Shown: piece by piece, positions 6,314 to 8,228 of the stretch | Numbering within the stretch: the stretch's first letter is position 1 | How the letters are laid out: each line of letters starts with the position of its first letter | From: a virus | Taxonomy: Duplodnaviria; Heunggongvirae; Uroviricota; Caudoviricetes | IMG/VR virus record: IMGVR_UViG_2737471869_000029 | Span: 1 to 8,228 of that record | DNA length: 8,228 nucleotides | Direction: 5' to 3' (one strand) | Notes under the pieces: model-generated | Told to the model about the DNA's origin: nothing | Database searches by the model: none | What the model saw: the letters and a program-made list of their open reading frames with translations, nothing else | Made by a program: the position numbers and the translations under genes

Positions 6314-6344
6314 GGCGACCGCCCCCGGTCGCCTTTGTTTTATG
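6314..6344 (+). terminator. Plus-strand intrinsic terminator ending the rightward small operon
   Basis: Perfect 8-bp stem GGCGACCG / CGGTCGCC (6314-6321, 6326-6333) with a 4-nt loop, then TTTGTTTTATG. No T-tract on the minus strand. Confidence 0.6.
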
Positions 6345-6360
6345 TGTCATATGCTCCCCT

Positions 6361-6570
6361 TTACACTGCCTTACCTGAATTAATGCGATCCCGGCTTTTA
6401 ACCCATTCCATAACCTCGGACAGCAGCCACCCTACAGAACGACCGCCCAGATTAAGACGTGACGGAAAGCGCCCTTTTTTCTCCAGTTCGTAACGTGTAG
6501 TGCGGCACACTCCAGTTAACTTACGACATTCATCCTCACGGATTACGCGATCTTCATTTATTTCACGCAT
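6361..6570 (-). CDS. alpA: AlpA-family (excisionase-like) transcriptional regulator, 69 aa from the ATG at 6570 (track gives 98 aa from a GTG at 6657)
   Basis: Conserved AlpA core CRKLTGVCRTTRYELEKKGRFPSRLNLGGRSVGWLLSEVMEWV. The 87 bp between 6571 and 6657 is very AT-rich, promoter-like, and has no SD before the GTG, so I prefer the ATG start. Confidence 0.82.
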   Translation of the reverse strand: MREINEDRVIREDECRKLTGVCRTTRYELEKKGRFPSRLNLGGRSVGWLLSEVMEWVKSRDRINSGKAV

Positions 6571-6693
6571 ACAAAAACCTACATAAAAATTACGTATATA
6601 AACTTTTCTCTTAGCTGTAGATATATGAGATCGGATATTACTTAGATTCTTTTTCACCTCTTAAATTAAAAACACAACCATGCTAAAGGCTTT

Positions 6694-6720
6694 GTTCGCT
6701 AAGGTTCGTAGAAGCTCGTT
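6694..6720. promoter_or_regulatory. Three 10-bp-phased direct repeats G(T/C)TCG(C/T)T upstream of alpA
   Basis: GTTCGCT at 6694, GTTCGTA at 6704, GCTCGTT at 6714: exact 10-bp periodicity. Confidence 0.3.
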
Positions 6721-6911
6721 AGTGTTTAAAATCGTGTCACGAGTTTTTAAGCGACGCAACAAAAAATGTCGTCATTTGGCATGACACCTGAATCACCTCA
6801 TTAAAAACAAATAGATAAACCATCAGGTGTTGGAACAATCAAGAAACAGAGAATAAGAACTCAGAAGAAGACATTTCAAATTTTTTCGATAGTTGACACA
6901 TATAAAGAGAA

Positions 6912-6983
6912 GATATTTGCAGATATTCCCCGATATTCTAAGATCTATTCACGGCTGTAATCTCTTAAAGAAAAAACAGCCGT
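6912..6983. promoter_or_regulatory. 10-bp-phased GATATT repeats plus an 8-bp inverted repeat just downstream of the int stop
   Basis: GATATT at 6912-6917, 6922-6927 and 6932-6937, with a degenerate GATCTATT at 6942-6949. Inverted repeat ACGGCTGT (6951-6958) / ACAGCCGT (6976-6983) with a 17-nt A-rich loop. A perfect TTGACA sits at 6893-6898. Confidence 0.35.
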
Positions 6984-6989
6984 AATTTG

Positions 6990-8228
6990 TCAAGAATTTT
7001 GGGGGTAAATTCGCGGGGTCATAACAACGATTTTTTCATCATTGTTCTGGAGAAGCTCGAGACGGTCTACCCATAGATTAAGAGCATCACGTTTTGCATC
7101 AAGGTAGCGGGAGTGGTTATAGACTCGTTGCATCCCTGGCATCTGGTGGGCTGTAAGCTGCTCGACAATATGCGGATCCACGCCTAAATCGTTCAGCATG
7201 GTTGTAAATGTGTGCCGGATATCGTGTAACGTCCAAGGGGCTTGATTAATTCGTCTGTGCGCTGTTCTTCCGTACTCTGCTACCGAAGATTGTCCTTTCA
7301 GTTCACCAAGCAATAAGCCCGTGTGTCTGTTCTGCTCCACCAGTTGCGTGACGAACGGCAAAATGCTTTCCGGTATTGGCCTGAATATGGCGACCTTCGT
7401 TTTGCTGTGCTCCTTCGGTACTGTCCAGAGCATTTCTTTAAAATCCCACTCCTGCACCTCAGAGCGCCTTAGCTCAGTGGTACGGCATCCAAAAACAATC
7501 AGGAGGCGAATTAGGGCGCTGTAGTATGGCGGGAATATTTTGTCATCCAGGGCGCGGAGTAATTCCCCAAGCTCCTTGTTTGTTAGTACGCGCTCGCTCA
7601 CTTCTGCTTTTTTTCCCACATCACCGACAACCATATCATCAAGAACGTTGCTGATTGCGTATCGTCGTTTTCGGCAGTACTTAAGCGCCTGTTTGCATAC
7701 CTGTAGCAAAAATCCGGCAGATACTGGGCTTCGCTTTGCCATCTGGTCAAAACATGCCAACCAGTGCCGTAGCTCGCATTTTTCCAACGGCAAAGCGCCA
7801 ATCTGGCTGATTATGTGTTTATTGATCCGGCTTTTCAGTGATTCGTAGTCAGTGCGCTTTTCCTTTGCATACGATTCAAGCCAGTAAGTGAGCGCTTCCT
7901 TAACTGTCACGGGGGCTAACGCATCCTGTACAGCACGATTAAGCTCATAGCGCGGATTTTTCCCCTCAGCCAGCCAGGCGCGACACTGTGCTGCTTTTTC
8001 CCTGGCTGCTTTCAGGCTCAGATCGGGATAATTGCCCAGTCTCAGACGTTCCGGTGATACCTGCCTACCAGTTCCGGCCCTGTAAGTGAAATACCAGGTT
8101 AACAGGCCGCTGGTGGAATGTCTTACGCTAAGATTGCCACCGTCATTAAAAAAGGCGTTTTTTGTGGTTGGTGATCCGCTTAATTTTCGTAAAAGAGTGT
8201 CGCTAAGTCTATGAATTGCGCTGCTCAT
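6990..8228 (-). CDS. int: Tyrosine recombinase / integrase, P4-type, 412 aa
   Basis: P4-int-like N-terminal arm-binding region (FNDGGNLSVRHSTSGLLTWYFTYR), catalytic motifs LHDIRHTFTT (His-x-x-Arg) and VYNHSRY (Tyr nucleophile), conserved Arg in GCRTTELRR. ATG is at 8226-8228, the window edge. Confidence 0.93.
   Translation of the reverse strand: MSSAIHRLSDTLLRKLSGSPTTKNAFFNDGGNLSVRHSTSGLLTWYFTYRAGTGRQVSPERLRLGNYPDLSLKAAREKAAQCRAWLAEGKNPRYELNRAVQDALAPVTVKEALTYWLESYAKEKRTDYESLKSRINKHIISQIGALPLEKCELRHWLACFDQMAKRSPVSAGFLLQVCKQALKYCRKRRYAISNVLDDMVVGDVGKKAEVSERVLTNKELGELLRALDDKIFPPYYSALIRLLIVFGCRTTELRRSEVQEWDFKEMLWTVPKEHSKTKVAIFRPIPESILPFVTQLVEQNRHTGLLLGELKGQSSVAEYGRTAHRRINQAPWTLHDIRHTFTTMLNDLGVDPHIVEQLTAHQMPGMQRVYNHSRYLDAKRDALNLWVDRLELLQNNDEKIVVMTPRIYPQNS

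Larger units (their letters stand above)
1..8228 (-). mobile_element. Phage-satellite / PICI-like integrative element (window covers int through the capsid gene; att sites not in window)
   Basis: Co-linear minus-strand genes: P4-type integrase, AlpA-family regulator, primase-helicase with Walker A, iteron origin 3' of the replication gene, capsid gene. This matches the int-alpA-replication-packaging layout described for Gram-negative PICIs and P4-like satellites. No tail, terminase or lysis genes are present. Confidence 0.7.

Noticed and set aside
5439-6350. 303-aa minus-strand ORF from the six-frame track
   Set aside because: It spans the operator palindromes, both promoter candidates and a perfect plus-strand terminator hairpin, and its translation is Cys/Ser/Thr/His-rich and low in complexity. 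Only the last 66 codons (5439-5639) have their own SD and look like a gene. The ORF does begin right after alpA with an AGGGGAG-like sequence, so this rejection carries residual uncertainty.
7321-7848. Small ORFs on both strands inside the integrase gene
   Set aside because: They overlap a complete tyrosine recombinase ORF with intact catalytic motifs and have no independent support.
1-8228. tRNA/tmRNA gene or att core inside the window
   Set aside because: I could not identify any cloverleaf-like segment or CCA-ended structure. The integration target is expected beyond position 8228, upstream of int.
1-8228. LexA (SOS) box CTGT-N8-ACAG and known cos sequences (lambda GGGCGGCGACCT, P2/P4 GGCGAGGCGGGG)
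   Set aside because: No match found by eye. Near-misses such as CTGTAGATATATGAGA at 6615-6630 do not fit the consensus.

Overview
This 8.2-kb window reads as a compact phage-satellite / PICI-like integrative element from an enterobacterial-type genome (about 50% GC, several Chi octamers). All calls are from reading the sequence and the six-frame track by eye; no homology search was run, so product names are motif-level inferences. Almost all genes are on the minus strand. From right to left: a P4-type tyrosine integrase (6990-8228; its ATG is the last 3 nt of the window), an AlpA-family regulator, a divergent-promoter switch with three GTGTTnAACAC operators, a translationally coupled operon of three small unknown ORFs ending in a D5/P4-alpha-like primase-helicase, an iteron-type origin directly 3' of that gene, one small unknown ORF, and a 626-aa ClpP-like prohead protease fused to an HK97-fold major capsid protein. 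No terminase, portal, tail gene, tRNA or CRISPR array is visible. The most notable points are: (1) a capsid-protease fusion as the only structural gene in a satellite backbone; (2) two unlisted plus-strand small genes, one RHH-like, beside the operator cluster; (3) a conserved about 50-bp terminator-plus-motif repeat flanking the capsid module; (4) a possible small RNA in the 437-bp gap at 2164-2600; (5) 10-bp-phased direct repeats between int and alpA.
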